A DNA stretch of 52,952 bases, the filler included, from Sphacelaria rigidula (Eukaryota), in assembly GCA_964200075.2 (NCBI GenBank). It is 4 parts of 4 records of this genome, joined end to end, with 100 filler letters (N's around TTAATTAATTAA, not from the genome) between each part and the next. Parts side by side here need not be neighbours in the genome. Positions count along the whole stretch, not along the records: positions 26,529 to 39,690 come from CAXNAA020003106.1; positions 39,791 to 52,952 come from CAXNAA020003107.1; 2 more parts are not named here. One strand, 5' to 3'. The notes below the pieces were generated by a model, which was not told the origin of the DNA, did not search any database, and saw nothing but the letters and a program-made list of their open reading frames with translations. Below are positions 34,721 to 48,600 of the stretch, piece by piece (the first letter of the stretch is position 1; each line of letters starts with the position of its first letter). A program made the position numbers and the translations under genes.

Positions 34721-36654
34721 ATACCCGATGTATGATAAAACAGTTCCATTTTTTTTTTTTCCGCACTGGGTGTGGTTACATTGTTCCGCTCGAGAGGCCT
34801 ATGAAGAAATCTGCTGCATATTCGTGGGGGCGTGGCCACCGGGATCACAGTGTGTTATACGCCTCATTTGTTTCGTCCCGTAGCTGAATCGTTCCGTGCC
34901 TCAAAATGTAAGCTGTAGCACTCCGACGGAGGAGACGGGAAGGGAGGTGGGAGCGGTACTGCCGTTGATGCGATTGAGGGTGACGTTTTGATGTAGTGCG
35001 CGTTGCCCGTCTACTCGAGCAAGTGCGCCTCCAGTGGATGGGCGTCTAGGGCGAAGCCTGCAGCTAGCTAGCGGAAGATCATCTCCACCGCATGGACGTC
35101 GAGTGCGCACATTTTTTTTTTGTTGTTGCGTGTGATTGAGAGGATCCGATCCAGTGCAACATAGCACGGTTTGGACAAATCAAGATTTATACGAGTTGAC
35201 TCCCGATGAACGTTCGAGGACAAGTCGTGGACGTTTGGTCATCCGTAAAGTCACGGGGGTATGGAGTTGTATACTCAAGGTCATGCACGAGTAACGAGCT
35301 GGACATCTTTCCTCGACTGCGTTGTGTAATGCGACCGAGAGTTGGAAAGCATATACGGGTCATGGTTCATGTACGCGTGATGACTGATTGAAAACGCATA
35401 CTCCTTCTACACCCCGCATGAAGCAAAGGGTGAGTTACATGTATCCATTGAGTGGCGTTTATCGAAGGATGAGTCATATTCATCCCTAACTTCATCTCAC
35501 ACGCACCGAAGGGGGACAATCTCCATGACTTTGTCATCGAATCTGTCATCTCGCACGAATCAAAGAGTAACTATTGTGTACCCAGGAGTCTCTGGCATAC
35601 ACTCTGAAGGGAAATAGTTATAGTGATAGTAACATACTCACGATGGAAAGCATGCATAGTCACGCGCCCACGACTCTCGCGTTGCGGATAGTCTATCTGG
35701 ATTACTCATAGATGAGTCATGAATCACGGGTGGGGAGCGAGAACAAGTCGCCGCCCACGGCGGGACCGGGGGATTCGTTTCGTGTGAAGAGCCGAGAAGT
35801 CACTACGCGCATGGTGCATGTTCCAAAAAACAAAAACACACCTCAAGCCGCACAACCGGGAGGACGATACTAGTTCGCGTGCCCCACCCCCCCCATCCCT
35901 TCCCCCGCAATCTTTGAATGTTTCATGATATCGTCCACGACGAGGTATCCCAGGGTACCCCTACAAGTTATAATATTTCCCTCTAAACCTTGAGCTGTGG
36001 TTCATAATTTCGAGCACCGTGAGACGTACCCCCGGTGCAACTGTTTCTTCATCGAGGCGAACCCGATTATCGTTGCTACGCGACGTGATGCGATCTCCAT
36101 TCAAGTGAAAACGACCTCCCACCATTCACAGTGAACGAAAAAGCAGTACACTGACGTATATTTATGTATACACTTTTCGGTGAATATCAATGGAATATCC
36201 GAAATATCGAGTCACTGAACTATCGACGAATCGCTCATCGTAATCCAGAGTTCACGCAAGTAATCACCGTCCACTTCACCTTCCATCTCACCCCAGTTCA
36301 TTCATCAACAGCTTCACACCTTCGCCAGAAAAAAAAAGAACTCTTCCCCCTTCACGGTAGTGAAAGTATAATATTGATAGTGCAGAAACCTTCAGATTTG
36401 GTTGCGGGATTTGGGAAAAGGCTTCCCCCGCTGCCTCTTGCCTCAACATACGCACGAATATGACCAACTATCATGGCGTGGCAGCTGCAGAACCCTCCTC
36501 ACTAAACACCACTCCCGAGCCGTCGACGGAGTTCTCATTGTCCTCCAACAGCAGCAACCCAACAACGAGGGATATTGAGACCGCTCCAACTGCGTCAATA
36601 TCGCGTACGAACAGCAAACAAATGGACATCCCGCTCATCCCGGTGCCTATCTAT

Positions 36655-39201
36655 CTATCCGTCAGCCCCGTGACCGTCTCCTTCCTCGTATCCCCTCTGC
36701 TCGGCGATGAAGTCGTCGACATCGCTTTCATCATCCCCCTCTTCGGGCCCCTCGGAGAGCTTGCTGGCGCTCTCCGAGGGGTTGCTCAGCCGCTCAGGCA
36801 CGGCGGCCAACGCTTGAGCGTCCGACAGCATCGGCACCTCTTTGGGGATGCTGTCGTAGCTGCCGTTGAGAAACATAACCATTTCGTTCTGCGCGGCATC
36901 CAAGCGGTTGCGGCACCCGGTGATCAGTTGACCGGCGGTGCTGAAGCCGCGCTCCAAGACGGCCGCAGATGCCGGGGTTGACAGCAGCACTCGGGCTGCG
37001 CGCGCCATAAGCGGGTATAGACGTGAGCCCTCCGAGGACCAGTAGCGGAGCATGCCCTCGATGGGCTTCGTCTCCAGGGTCTCCTCCCGTCCAGCAAGCA
37101 CGAAGCGGTCGAATTCCTCCGCGCACAGCTGTCGTTGTGTCTTCGGTGCCGATCCCACTGCTCTGCCCCTGACGATGTTCCCGAACATGCCGCTTTCAAA
37201 TACGCGCGCGGCCCCCTTTGATGCTTTGACGGGGTGCTTGAGCGGCCCCGCCCCCCGCTGGGGCGCTTTTTCTTCTTGGGCCGAGCATCGTTCGCGTTGG
37301 CACCACTGGCCCTGGGGCTCCCCACGGTAGTGGGCTCGCTTGATTCGCACTCTTCTGCCATCTTCGTCATAAGGTCAATGACCTTATCCCTAACAAACGC
37401 CGGTACGCGGACAACCATCTCCTTGCTCTTGCAGATTGAAGGAAGGAAGTTCAGGTCGGCGAGGAATGGATGCATGCAGGCTGCCATCTCGAAGAGGAAG
37501 TCAGGTTTAGCGCCCGGGGCATCCAAGCCGTAACGCTTGAAGAAGCGCTTGTCGACCGCCGCGGCCAGCATTTTCTCGGTCTTCGTCACGTCCTGAAGAG
37601 CCGTCTCCTCGCGCAAGACGGGTTGCGCCGTCTCGGTGCGAACCTCGACGGCGGCAGTCACGTGTCGCTTGGGAGTCAGAATGCGGAGGGGCTTGCCTTC
37701 CTTCAACAGAGACACCCTGATGGCCACGAGGTCGAGGAGCGTCTGGACCCCTATCGGCACCTTAGTGCTCTGAGTTTCCTTTATCAGAATCGCAATGGGC
37801 TTCACCAAGGAATATAGCTCCTCGATGCTCGCCTTTGAGGCGGACAGGGGGAAGGTCACTGACTCATTCTCCGAGTAGTGGACCTCCAGTGCCGACCACT
37901 TCGAGAGCACTGTTTGGAGCACGCCGCACGTTGATATCCACCGCTGAGGCACCGCATTGACCAGCTTGTTGCTCTTGCCGTAGAGCATTGCCTGAACGTC
38001 TTCGAATTTGACCTGTTTGTTTTTGAGGTGAGTTGGGGGGTGGCAGCGAGGGGGGGAGGGGAAAGGGGGCAGGCACTTGTGCGTCCATCATGCTCCGCGT
38101 TTTTTACCGGAATGAAGGATTCCTGTTTATACTGACCAACCAAGCGCCAACAGCGGACTGTGTCGGCAAAAATATGAGGAGTATCGCGAATGATGAAACA
38201 CAGTCGTCCACGTGTACAGCATGGGCATGTACTTCCCGTGTCATAAGTCTGTGCAGTTATGTTTATATGAGCCCTCAACGAAGTCCGATTTGATTTTCGA
38301 TTTTTCGGCTGCATTCGTTGGCGTTTTTTGAACGAAAAATAATACTCTTTCTGCAAGATGGGTGCTTGACTCGTGCAGACTCGCGACCGAGAAAAAGTGA
38401 GCCGGTCAAAAATTGGGCATTTTTCGCTTTTTTTTCCCAGTGAAGCACAGCAGAGCCGGAAATTGCGAAAAATCGTGAAAGAAAAATTCAAAAATGTAAA
38501 AACCCCAAAACCACCCCTGATTTGGATATCTCCGTGACGTTAACATACGCACGCCCCATCTGACAATTTTTCAGCATGTGATCGCTAGTGCTCGTTGTAA
38601 AAACATCCGAAATCGGTCAACATTGGGGTATAAGTGGACCAAAAGGACCAAAATGGGGTATATGTAGACCTAAAATTAGTACTGGAAACAAGCTTTTTTC
38701 CCCTCCTTTTTTGTTTTTTTTTGTCAGCTTTGTCTGCGCGTTATCTCTCCAACGAACCCAACTACGGGATGATCGTCAGCATTGAAATACCCAAACAATC
38801 AAACGTCCATAACTGCACAGACTCATGACACAGAGAAAGCTTACCGCCAGCAACTCGTTTTGTCGAGATATCAATACCGACGAAACAAGGACATATTTCC
38901 ACTCTTGCCAAATTCAAACCTTTTGAAGCAATCACCGCCGAGAATGACATCAGCAGCTCAACAATTTCATGACGAAAATGATGGCATCTGCACGAAATGC
39001 CAGCAAAATGCCGGCTGCCAAAGACCAGATCATATACAAATAAAGCTCCCATTCTTCAGCAAATCGGCACACGACCAACAACGTGCCCCACCTTCGAGTT
39101 GGCAGACTTGTTCAGGTGCTCGACCACCTTTTTCACGGCGTCGATGACCTCCCGGGCTTCGTTGTTCTTGCAGGATGCCTTGGAAGCATTCGTTCCAAAA
39201 G
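36655..39201 (-). mobile_element. Intron-containing hAT-superfamily transposase (ZBED-like), 5'-incomplete, with one frameshift
   Basis: Exon 39201-39092 (FGTNASKASCKNNEAREVIDAVKKVVEHLNKSANSK) splices in frame to exon 38012-36655 (VKFEDVQ...VPQRWIS, the hAT RW motif). After a frameshift near 37210-37265 it gives the dimerisation domain YWSSEGSRLYPLMARAARVLLSTPASAAVLERGFSTAG...RNRL. Confidence 0.85.
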
Positions 39202-39690
39202 CTTGTCAAGGAAAGCAGAGGGTGGATATTCAGTCATGGCGTTACTCATTGAAGACACGTGCACATTTGCATGTTCATATCATCAGTATTTTGTATACTT
39301 TTTGTCCACCATAAAGGCGTTTCATGACTGGTATGAATGATTTATGCTCACCGCATATTCCCAAAAATATGTCGCGAACATGAAATGGATAACATTAGTG
39401 ACACTGTTTCCACCATGGTTCCCCCCCCCGCCCCCCCGAAACCATCCCAAAGGCGTTGCGAAGAAAATGGTCCTACAGCGCCTAACATGAAGTTCCAGCC
39501 CGCATGAAACGTTGAGCGATCCATACGGGCGGCATTGGGGGGGGACGAAATTGAGGGGGGGAGTTCCCGGCTTGTTGTGCTCTACTTCTTTCATCCCCGT
39601 TCATGTGTGCATCCCCCCCCCCCCCCCCATCTTCTCACCCCTCTCGTAGGTGAGTGCTGGTGACTAGGTTTTAGCGATATGAAGCCTCCA

Positions 39691-39790
39691 NNNNNNNNNN
39701 NNNNNNNNNNNNNNNNNNNNNNNNNNNNNNNNNNTTAATTAATTAANNNNNNNNNNNNNNNNNNNNNNNNNNNNNNNNNNNNNNNNNNNN
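39691..39790. other. Artificial contig-joining linker
   Basis: Same N44-TTAATTAATTAA-N44 structure. Confidence 0.98.
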
Positions 39791-39906
39791 CTTGTAACCT
39801 GAACGCGCCCAACACCCCTTTGCTCCGCCCACCTTACCCCCCTCCCCCCCCCTACTCGTGGCGTTCCCCCCCCCCCCCCTCCCCTAACTCCGACCGATCA
39901 AACCAG

Positions 39907-40339
39907 CGTTCGGGAAACACAAGGAGAGATCCGATGCTACCTAGAGCAGGGCCTCCAAGTACTCCTGGCGGGGCCGGACATATCCCCTCGAGTTAAGCTA
40001 CAGCTGGCTATGCGTATTGATGAAATAGCCATCCGACGCCGTATCCAAGGCTCGTTGCGCTTCCGATCGGCCCAGGAGCTGGCCGAGAGGCTAGTGCGGA
40101 GCGGGCTGGACAGCGGGAGCACGGCCGACCTGCGGTTCACGATGCACCGCGAGGCGCTCCGGTGGGCGCAGGATGCCAGACTGGAGGGGAGCTATCGACG
40201 GGCTGAGCAGATGACGAGGGCGTCTCGCGACAGCCTGGAGGAAGCCATCAAAGTAGCCGTTGTGTGCCTCGGGGAGGCGCATCCCAAAACCGTGGCGTTG
40301 ATCGAGTGTCTCCGGCGATTTTCTCCTTTGCAATTGTGA
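39907..40339 (+). CDS. Terminal exon of a gene with a TPR-like (kinesin-light-chain-type) C-terminal motif
   Basis: A pyrimidine tract and CCAG| acceptor are followed by an open, GC-rich frame VRETQGEIRCYLEQG...LEEAIKVAVVCLGEAHPKTVALIECL...stop. Confidence 0.6.
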
Positions 40340-42609
40340 TACACGAAGTTAGGGATAGGCCTCGGAATTTAAGGACAGGTGACAACGGTGTGCGGGTGGC
40401 AGGGTTGTCAGTGGTTGCGGGAGAGCGGCGGAGCGGGAGCGAGTGTTGTGTCCTTTGGTTTTGTGTGCTCCAGCCAATCACATACACGGTGTAGGACGGG
40501 CCACTTTTGTTGTGAAGTCTTGATTCGAAAGATTCTACTGTATACAACGTGCTCTCCAAGGTGTGTTTCGTGATGTACGATTTTGTGCTTGTGCTTGCTA
40601 AAAAGTGATTCCGCGTTATCGCGAAGTATTTCTGGTGCAGCTCTTGCAGCGAAAGCTTCGTACGGACGATAGTTTCGTCTGTTGGCAAGGGTTGCAAATG
40701 GTAGGTTTCACCGCACGTGGTTTATGCGTATGGCTGGAGTAATGAAGCTGCGCTTCAGCGTGCGTGCGTGGGTCAGGCAGACGTGAAACTGCGTGGCGTG
40801 CGGAATCCTGCCCGCGATCATACCCTAGGTGATGCCCTGCTTGTGCGGTCTCGTGCAAATCAAATAGCCGCTGTGCGTGTTGAGACCTTTAATTTTGCTG
40901 AGTTGCGACGCTTTCATTTTGAATGACGCCGTGCTGTGTGGTAGAAGTGGTGATACTTCGGTGAGGTGGTACTGCTGTGAACATGAAACAACTTGTGCAT
41001 GTGATTGCTGCTATCGTAGCAGTACAAATATCAAGTGCTTTGATCTGGTGATGCCTTGTATGATTTTGCGGGCGACCTGGGCGCGCTCCCTCGACGCAAT
41101 CAAAACGCTTCTGCTTGCTTGTGCCTTTCCCAGTCAGTGTGCTCTTTGTAGTCTGCCGGCACGTGAAGGCGTTCGCATTTTCGTCCTTCAGTCGTCGTTC
41201 CAGTTTCTGCACGTGACGTGGCCGCTGCGTTACACAGATGGTGCCCGGTGATCTGCAAACTCCTGCTCCAAGTCCTTCGGGTCGCTCTCAAAACTACATG
41301 ATGTTGGCTATAGGTGAAAACTGATATTATTGTCACTTCTCACAGCCGCACCCCCGTTGGTGTCGATGTTGCCTACGCATCGTACGCAATAGGTCATGCA
41401 GTCCATCGCACGCATGGATAGAAAGGAATCCCTGCTTAGTTCGGATTCCTTACCTCGTATTTCTTCGATTTCGACCCACAAGTTTCATGCAGCTCAGTCT
41501 TCGCCACGCAGTCTAACGAATACACGGGGCGTATATGGTAGTGTGGAGGTGCTAATTAATCTAGGAAACACTGAGATGGCGGAGGTTCATGCGGATGTCT
41601 AACGAGCGACAGGCGTAATTCCAACTTTCGAATTGTACTAGCAGCTTTGGCGTCCTTGTCTGCAACGCGACCGATCAATCGCAAGCACATGATTACGTGC
41701 TTGCATGCCTCCAGCCAACATAGCTCATGTCCAAGTTGCCTAAGACGCCTTTTTTTACAAAAGCTATGCCAAGTCCAGTCCAGCGCAGAAACATGTATTT
41801 TTTGTCCCTGTGTGTAGCAGGCGCCGTACTCTTACGCTACCAGGCCGCTTGCACCCCATGATGGCTTGAACGATGGCTACGGGCCGATTAGCTCTTTTTC
41901 CATCATAACAAAGGAGAAGGAAATTGGAAGCGCTATGCAAAGCAGAGCAATCTATAATTGCACACGCAAACCCATCCAGGCACTCGCTGTCTGTTCTGTT
42001 CCGTCGTGGGGAAGTTGCCCTCGTTGTGGTGTATACTGACCTCATAAACACCAGGAAGTACAGAAAAAGACTAAAAATACAAGTGGTTGAGATTCTCTAC
42101 AAGCCCCCCTAGTGTAACATCGAGCGCTCTGACCACAGGCAAGCACCCGACAGGTCCTATAGAGCTTCCCCCCCCCTGGTGACTACAGACTACTACCGCG
42201 GCCAGCAAAGAGGTTTCACAAGGAGTAACCTCAACACGCGTTACTCCACCGGAAACCAAAATATGTTCCCGTCGGGCTCGTTCAGTTTTACAAGCTATCC
42301 TCAGAGATTAAGTATTGTGGCCAGCCATCCAAAACTTCGTGATTTGCCTACAACACACACATAGAACAATGATCAACACCCTCCTCCACGTGAGTGGGCT
42401 GAATATGAGTCTGTACAGAACAGTTACCGCGTATGCATCATCATTGTACTCCGAATGGAGCGAGACGTACACTCATCTGGTGAATCCAACTGCCACATTC
42501 ATATACATCTATCACTGCAGCCACCCAGCCGCATAAAAAAAATGTCGCCCTCGGATGTCCTCCAAGTCGGGGGAGAGAGCAAAAAAAAGGTGGAAGGGCC
42601 ACTTGAGCT

Positions 42610-45600
42610 TTATGGCGACAGCCTCTCGATCAGGGTCTTCACGTCCGAACGCGAAATACCGGAAACACTTGCTAGACGGCTGTCACCGCGTGAGGTCGCT
42701 GAGCAACGTGAGACGAGACACGAGCGCGACATCGTTTGCCACAGTTCGTGCTGGACTACCAAGACTCCCCCATACGATGTGATGCACCCCACCACCGCGT
42801 CATTGGCGCAGTTATCAAAATATGTCCCCGTCGATAGCGTCGCGGACGTTCCTGTCACGCCAACGCTTTTGTCGCTTTTCCAGGGCTCCACAGGATATAA
42901 CTCGGACATTTGATCATGGAGCGCCAAGAGTGCCTTCGCAGCAGCGTGTCTAGCTACCATTACGTGCCCATCGCCATACCCTTCTCCTCGCGTATCGTTT
43001 CCAACAACAGAAGGAGATGCCTGCTGCTTCTGTTCTGTCGGTCGTGAGAGCAAGAGCATTCGAATAAGCTGCCCAATTGCGTTCCAAAGATGTACCCCCG
43101 CCGTTCCCGCCGCCATGTGACCGTGTTCACTGAGGTCATCGCTCCCGGCGCGTGAAACGCCAACCGGTGCCCCATCCGCTCGTTTTCTTTGACCAACGCT
43201 ATCTTCATTGGTGTGCACGACGACTGAGCACGCGTCCTCTGCCAGGAGAGCCAGGCACTCGTACACACACGCGGTTGACGTAGCCGATAGAAGTCCTGCG
43301 ACCCCGCCGCCCGAATATCCAGAAGACCAGGCCAAGGAACTTCGGAGCCGGGGTTGGCTACAACTGGTGGTTTGTCGTAGCCGGTACCTGTGACCTGCAA
43401 GCTCCGCGGCATGGGAGATAAGAATACATGGTTCAACTTCGACACCGTTTGGTACTTCTCGTCGATAGGTCGTGTCGTGCATGGAATATCTTGCCGTGAC
43501 CACCCCATATTTACCGCCGCCGCGACAAACACTATCACCAACGCCGCCAATATCACTTCGCATCGTAGAGTCGCCGTTACCGCCGTTCACCAACAGCCAG
43601 CGCGCGTTTTCGAAGCAACACTCCAACGTGAACTCGTTCCAGGGCTGCTGGAAGAGATCAATCGGAGATAAGACGCCGGTATATCTTTCCCAGAGAGCCC
43701 CCATGGCTGCGAGGGCAGCGGACGCCGACCTTGCGTCACCTTCGCACGCGATACCTTGGAGAGCGAGTTGTAAAGAAAGGACTTGTTTCCGGGAAAACGG
43801 TCGACGAGGAGCAGCGCACTCGATGCAGCGTGCGGCGAGAATATGGAGGACCGTCCACCGAGCCTTTGCTTGCATCAGCGACATCGACCACCCCCATGTT
43901 GCGCGGCAACCTCCGTCACTGTTGACGATTCTCATTGTCATGATCCTGTCCAGCACGTCAAAGGGAACTTCAACGCTTCCGCAACCGCCCCAACTACGGT
44001 GAGGGGTCAGGTTGGCCTGCGAACACAACAAATTCCACAGGAGGCAGAACTGTAGATAGGCTGCGAGTGCATTGGGGCCGCGATCGAGAAAGTTGCAACC
44101 CCTTTCGGTCATGGAAAACATTCCTTCCTCCACGAGGGCCGCGCGAGCTTCTCCGAGGGCATTTTCTAGACTCTCGGCGTGAAATGCTGCTGGTAGGTGA
44201 GTCGCGTCTGCTGCGAGAAGCACTAGAAGGGCGTTGAGGAGATTCAACGCATCCACAGCAGCCCTGTTGATCATGAGGTCGTCTTGTTCGGCGCCACCGA
44301 CAAGGCCCCTTCGTCGAGAATCAAACATTCCTTGCAGTAACCCAGCACAAGCGCGCACGAGGGTCTCTCCTGTAGAGGGTTGCCTGGGGTCGGAGGTCCA
44401 GCTAGCGGGTTGAAAAGTTGTGTCCATACTGGCAGAAGGTGCGCAGTGAAACGCGTGGGCGCAGCGGGCATGGAGAAAGGCAGAGGCCAGCCGCAGGACC
44501 CGCGAAGTGCAGGCTAAAAGCATCGCCTCCTGGCCGGTCCCTCCTGTCTCACTGCCGGCCCGCAGGACCGCATAGTGGCCGATACTCGTGGACAACTTCG
44601 TCAAAGTACTTGTGATGACAGCCTCGAGGATATCGACCACTGTGGTCGCTGTTCTGCGCTCGTCGTCTCCGCTCGAATCAACGCTGTTTTCTCCCTGGCT
44701 ATAGCCGGCCGAATCGAACGCAAGGAGCAGGAAATCGTCCGGTGCCAGAAGCAAAACGGAAGATAGTCTAGATATGGTTCCGTCAGAATCCCCCTCTTGT
44801 AATTTGCCTGTACTGCCGTCAATGCTGAGAACACGCCCCCAACGGCGAACCGCAGCTTCTAGGATCCCATTCAAGGCGGGTACATCACAGTGGTGACCTT
44901 CTCGTCCTCCCATGTCCCCGCCGTCGCCAGATATGGTGTTCAAACCGCCATCGGGAACCCATTCGTCGGTATCCATGCTCGTATCCATGTCGATGCCGGC
45001 GTCGTTGTCCGCAGAAATATCCTTGTCGACGCGTTCGTGTGGACGATCGTTCAGAGATAGACCTAGATCGAGAAGAACGCACTTGATATGATCGAGCGTC
45101 GCCGTGATCAACCAATCCCCCGCGAAAGCCAAGCAGCCGGCACTGAGTGCCAGCGATATGGCCGCTGCAGACAGCGGTACTGCGGTGAAGGCCATCTCTG
45201 CAACCGAAAACCTCAACAATACATCTTCTACGGCTGCCGCCAAGTCTTCGCCCAATGGAAGCGCTCCAATAAACGCACTGCTACCGCTATCACCTGTCGT
45301 CGTGATCATCTGAGCTAGACGGTTGAGACAAAACACGGCATCTGGAACGTTCTTGATGTAGCGGAGAATCGTGATGGCGGAGTCGACACGGCAGCTTAGA
45401 TGAGGGTGGAGTATGCCCAAGTTCGAAGCGCTCAGGCTCATGAGGAGCAACTGGGGCGCGTTGTGTTGAACGGCAGGAGGAGCGGGAGGCAATTGCGTTA
45501 AGACGGTGGGTTTCAGTTACCGGGTTAAAGGTGGCTTGCATCATGTGGGTGCAATGCTGTTGTGCAATCGAAGTACGTGAAGCAGGCGGAAGTGGGAGAC

Positions 45601-48600
45601 GACTTCCGACGACGGGAACTTAACCCCGCGTTGACCAACTCGTTTTTGCGTGTGCATGCGGGCTTTGGACTCCTTCAGAACCTCTCGGTTTACCACGGGT
45701 CATGTGAGAAAAAAAGTACGATATGCAACGGCGAGGAAGGGAAATCGGTTAGAGTGGCGACAATTCGGCAGATTTCAGCGAGAGCCCTGTGCGATGAAGT
45801 TGGACCGAGGAGGTAATAACTGACGCTACTAACCACGGCACGTTTCAAGGATATATAGCATGCGCTCTATTTAGGCGACGGTTGTACTGGCGCTTCATCT
45901 ACGGCAACCCCCTTCCAACAACAAGCGTACATAGGAGCAACTCTTCGGCAACCTATGGGTGCCCGGAATAACGTGTTGTGACATGCACTCTGCTACAACC
46001 GAAATTCTCTCGTATAACCCTCGGACGCTTCCTTGAGAGATCTACGTCTAGGCTCACCATGAGTTTGCACAGACTACCGTTGTCCGCGTCTGTGCCCAGA
46101 AGCGATATGACATGATGATCAAACGGTACGGCATGCTGATCGCGTCGAGAGTCCCATAACGGTAGGACATGCCGTAAAGTTTCGGATAAACCGGGAAACG
46201 ACCCCTTCTCGGTACTGCTTGCCCCGCCGGCGCCGGCGCCGCTGCTACCGTCCGACGCAAAGTTCACTGACACGTTGTTCTCAGCACTTCCTCGCGCATG
46301 CAGCGGGCGATCAGCGTCGTTTGAGCACAGACCATTCACCCAGCCCTGCACGAACAACAGACTCTGCAGAACTTCCGTCAGCAGTTTTCTTGCCGCCGTG
46401 GAGTAGTGGCCTGGGCCTCCCTCATCGTCAGATTCCTGGGGCGCTGATTGCTGGGTTAGTCTCGTCACCCCCACCGATGTCATCGCTATTCGCGTACCAG
46501 TGTCCACGTCTTGAGCTCCGTAGTTGCCTCCGCACCTCATGTACAGATCTAGGAGGTAAACAATGAGATCGGAAGCGATAGCAGTTGCTAAGATTGACTC
46601 CAAACATGAGGAAGCTGTTGCTGCCGCTGCGGAATATTCACTCTCGACATCCGTTTCATTTTCCCCGAACACTTTTTCATCTTTGCTGCAGTGTTCGCCG
46701 TCGTCCCCATGCTCATCCCCACCGCGCCCAATATTCCGCTCTCGGTGAGCTGTCGCGAGATACGCACGGCGTACGTTGCCGCCTGAACACGAGCTCCTGG
46801 TACCTATGAACCGAGCGTGGACATCTTTGCTTTCCAGCACTGCCGAGATGCAGTCGATGGCACCCCCGATGCACGACGCAAAAGCGATGCTGTGCCCGAT
46901 ACTATCCGACCGGACTGTCAGCTCGTGCTGGTTCACCAGGATACGCTCGTACGACCCAAAAACGAGATCTGCCAATGAAATTCCCGGCTCCCCCAAAGTA
47001 ATGTCTTTGTTTGTGGAACTACGACGACCAACGCCGCTTCTGTGGTTTCCTCTTGAGAACCCAGGGTACCCTGAAAGCACCCAACGCTCCACCATTCGCA
47101 GCAGGCTTTCCACAGCGCGAGCTGCATGAAGCAGGAGCGCATCGCTACGGCTAGTGTGCTCTACGGCACTAGCAGTCCTTCCATCGTCGTCGGCGCCATG
47201 ACCCTGTACGTTCGATGGTGAAGGTGTGCAAGGCCTCCGCGGTGAGATACCCCTGGCTGCGAGTGACGACACTGGCACGACACATCCACCCACATCTTGG
47301 ACGGTGCACTGTAGCGCTTGTTCAATGCTACGGAGGAGCTGGGCCACGGCGTCGAGGAGGGGTCCTGGGTCCTGTTGAGAGGACCAGCAGAGTGATATTT
47401 AGTCCCATCATGTAAGTGCCGCACGAAGGAGGAACTGCTACAACCCGTAAGATAAGGAACGCGTACTATGTGCCGGGCGAACGCAATTTACCCTCGTCCA
47501 CGCATCCATTTATCCAGAAAGTGTTAAGGAGAAGCGCGTTTTCACTGTTTTATATTCGCCGGTTCGACCAACCTGTGGGAGCAAAGCATCCCCGGACGCC
47601 ACGAGGTTGAGTACGTCGGCAGCAACTCCTATCGCCCTAGTCTGTGCCGTCAATGATCTGTGGGAGGCCGCGGCAGCACCAAGGATTTTTTCCACAAATC
47701 CAGCGGTCGAAGTCGGCGGCACGATAACCAATGCCTGCAAAAGGAGACGAGACGAGATCGCGAACACGCGCGACTACCCAGCAATGGCCGACCGGAACAA
47801 GAGCGCCGAAGCACACCGGGGACGGTTCAAAGGATTTTCATACGATCAGCCGAGGAAAGTAGTCCGGAAGCAAGAGAAGTTACTGCCACGTTATTCCGCG
47901 TCGACGTCTGAGACATACCAGTGGTGTAAAGTATGGTGACTCTCGCCATCATGAGTTGGATTTGGAGGGGATTTTTATCATGTGTTTCACTTACAGCAAG
48001 CGCCGAAAGAGTTTTTTTAGATGTTTGCGGTCCATTGGGAACCCCCAGCATATCGTCGGCTGCTATGAAGCAAGAAAAAACGTGAGCGCACCTCCTCTTG
48101 TTCGTCGTTCGAGACGCCTACGTCATCTCCATGATCCATCTGCCAGCGCTCACGGCCTTCGTCTCGAGCGCAGTTTAACAGGATGGGTGCCACAAACTTC
48201 ATCGAGAAATTTCGAGAGTGGAAAAACTCAACAGGGGAAAGGGATAACACCTCGACCGCTTCCAGGTAGTGACGGGGTGTGCCTTCTCGCTCCTTGTTCA
48301 TAGCTTCAAAAAGAAAGTCTGGGGTCAATGAGACACGAAAAATAGCACGTATCGGTGTGCCGACATTCATGACAACCGGCGACGATGTAACATAATTTTA
48401 ACCACTCAGCGGTCATCTGGAATATTGACATGTTTCAAACTCCGCCACCGCTAGTCGTCGCGACTATTCCTGACGTACCAGAGGCAGTCAAGTGGAGCTG
48501 TCTTCCGAGATTTTGGTATAGTTGGAGTTGCTACCCCATAGCCCAGCATAAATCAATGCGTGCTTGGTACCCGGAGTACAGTACGCACCGGTCACACCCG

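Noticed and set aside
42455-47415. Plus-strand ORFs opposite the large minus-strand exons
   Set aside because: These are antisense shadows of GC-rich coding sequence.
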